From positions 1-39,203 of the forward strand of contig CAZZVF010000002.1 of assembly GCA_964657355.1 (NCBI GenBank): a DNA stretch of 39,203 bases, written 5' to 3'. The position numbers and the translations under genes are program-made. Source of the stretch: an uncultured Buchnera sp. (lineage in GTDB: Bacteria > Pseudomonadota > Alphaproteobacteria > Acetobacterales > Acetobacteraceae). Under the pieces are notes generated by a model that saw only the letters and a program-made list of their open reading frames with translations, was not told the DNA's origin and did no database searches. Below, one piece after another: positions 38,037 through 39,203 of this stretch; the stretch's first letter is position 1; each line of letters starts with the position of its first letter.

Positions 38037-39203
38037 ATGCTGGATGGCGCTCTTCCAATCTGCACCCCGGATCCAGACTCATCGGAGCTGATCGCCTCCC
38101 GTGCGGCGCTGCGCATGCACGCGATGGACGGGCTGCTGCTCGACGGTGTGCCGCTTGCGGGCATCGCGGCGGAGTTCGGCACCCCGTGCTGGGTGTATGG
38201 CGCTCAGACCATCCGTGCGCGGTATCGCCGGCTGCACGCCGCGCTGCCCGAAATGTCGGTCCACTACGCGGTAAAGGCACTGGATCATCTTGCAATCCTC
38301 GATCTTCTGGCGAAGGAGGGTGCCGGCGCGGACGTGGTGAGCCTCGGCGAGCTGCTGCGCGCCTTGAAAGCGGGCATTCCCGCGGGCCGGATCGTGTTCT
38401 CCGGCGTCGGCAAGACCCGCGCGGAGCTGTCCGAGGCCGTCGCAAGGAACATTGGCCAGATCAATGTCGAGAGCGCGGAAGAGTTGGAGGAGCTTTCCGC
38501 GATCGCCGCCGGACAAGGCAGTCGCGCGCGGATCGCACTCCGAGTGAACCCCGATGTCGATGCCGGAACACACGACAAGATCGCCACCGGCCGGGCCGGC
38601 GACAAGTTCGGCATTCCGTTCGAGGATGCGGCCGCCCTCTATGCCAAGGCGGCAGGAATGCCGGGGATCGTTCCTGTCGGCCTGGCGGCGCATATCGGCA
38701 GCCAGGTGCATGAGATGGCGCCCTTTCGGTCTGCCTACTCACGGCTCGCCAGCCTGGCGCGCGCTCTGATCGGCGCCGGCCTGCCGATCGAGACGATCGA
38801 TTGTGGCGGCGGTCTTGGCATAGCCTATCGAGACGAGGTGGAGGCACTCCCGCAGGCCTGGGCGGGCGCTATCCAAAATGAGCTCGGCGGCCTCGGCCTG
38901 CGGTTGGCGATTGAACCCGGCCGGTGGCTGGTGGCGCCGGCCAGCGTGCTGTTGGCGGAGGTCGTCAGGGTCAAACGGCGCGGCATGGACCGGCCGGTCA
39001 TGATCCTCGATGCAGGCATGAACGATCTGGTGAGAGCAGCCATGTACGATGCGTGGCATGGCATCGTCCCGGTGGCGGCGCGCGACCGTTTGCGGCCGTC
39101 GGAGACGATGGATGTCGCAGGGCCGGTTTGTGAAAGCAGTGATTTCTTCGCGCACGACCGTATGATTGCGGGGCTGGAAGCGGGCTCGCTGGTGGCGATC
39201 CTG
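38037..39203 (+). CDS. lysA: Diaminopimelate decarboxylase; runs off the right edge
   Basis: Absent from the ORF track. Hand translation from ATG 38037 gives EFGTPCWVY, HYAVKA (PLP lysine), FSGVGK, LRVNPDVDAGTHDKIATG, HIGSQ, EPGR and GPVCE. Confidence 0.95.
   Translation, partial: MLDGALPICTPDPDSSELIASRAALRMHAMDGLLLDGVPLAGIAAEFGTPCWVYGAQTIRARYRRLHAALPEMSVHYAVKALDHLAILDLLAKEGAGADVVSLGELLRALKAGIPAGRIVFSGVGKTRAELSEAVARNIGQINVESAEELEELSAIAAGQGSRARIALRVNPDVDAGTHDKIATGRAGDKFGIPFEDAAALYAKAAGMPGIVPVGLAAHIGSQVHEMAPFRSAYSRLASLARALIGAGLPIETIDCGGGLGIAYRDEVEALPQAWAGAIQNELGGLGLRLAIEPGRWLVAPASVLLAEVVRVKRRGMDRPVMILDAGMNDLVRAAMYDAWHGIVPVAARDRLRPSETMDVAGPVCESSDFFAHDRMIAGLEAGSLVAIL

Noticed and set aside
1-39203. 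CRISPR arrays, tRNA/rRNA genes, IS elements, prophage or defence genes
   Set aside because: None seen by eye. Nearly all of the sequence is accounted for by the listed genes and the gaps are short. An Rfam/tRNAscan search was not run.

Overview
GC-rich alphaproteobacterial chromosome segment, probably Acetobacteraceae (inferred from the Tal-Pgi fusion operon, the acetan/xanthan-like EPS genes and the tlpA-argH-lptM-lysA order). From left to right it holds four blocks. (1) A minus-strand leucine/isovalerate catabolism operon: ivd, mccB, liuC and mccA, the last truncated by the window edge. (2) A roughly 17.5 kb Wzx/Wzy exopolysaccharide cluster (5622-23109). It has a xanthan/acetan-type core (GumD-, GumM- and GumH-like enzymes), Wzx, Wzy, Wzc, a short helix-less OPX paired with an outer-membrane beta-barrel, and two GH5 endoglucanases. 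Its side-chain set is unusual: a GT4, a GT32-like DXD enzyme and two tandem uncharacterised paralogues that look like GT-A glycosyltransferases. (3) A PA0069/SplB-like radical SAM gene with two alphaproteobacterial LexA boxes, followed by an internally deleted RND membrane-fusion-protein relic. (4) A complete pentose-phosphate operon (tkt, tal-pgi, gnd, zwf, a deleted Cof-HAD relic, an intact Cof-HAD, pgl, rpiA, gluconokinase), then tlpA, argH, an LptM-like lipoprotein and lysA (truncated). I saw no RNA genes, CRISPR arrays or intact mobile elements. The best candidate for an undescribed system is the EPS cluster with its tandem orphan GT-like paralogues. All family calls come from motif recognition by eye, with no database search.
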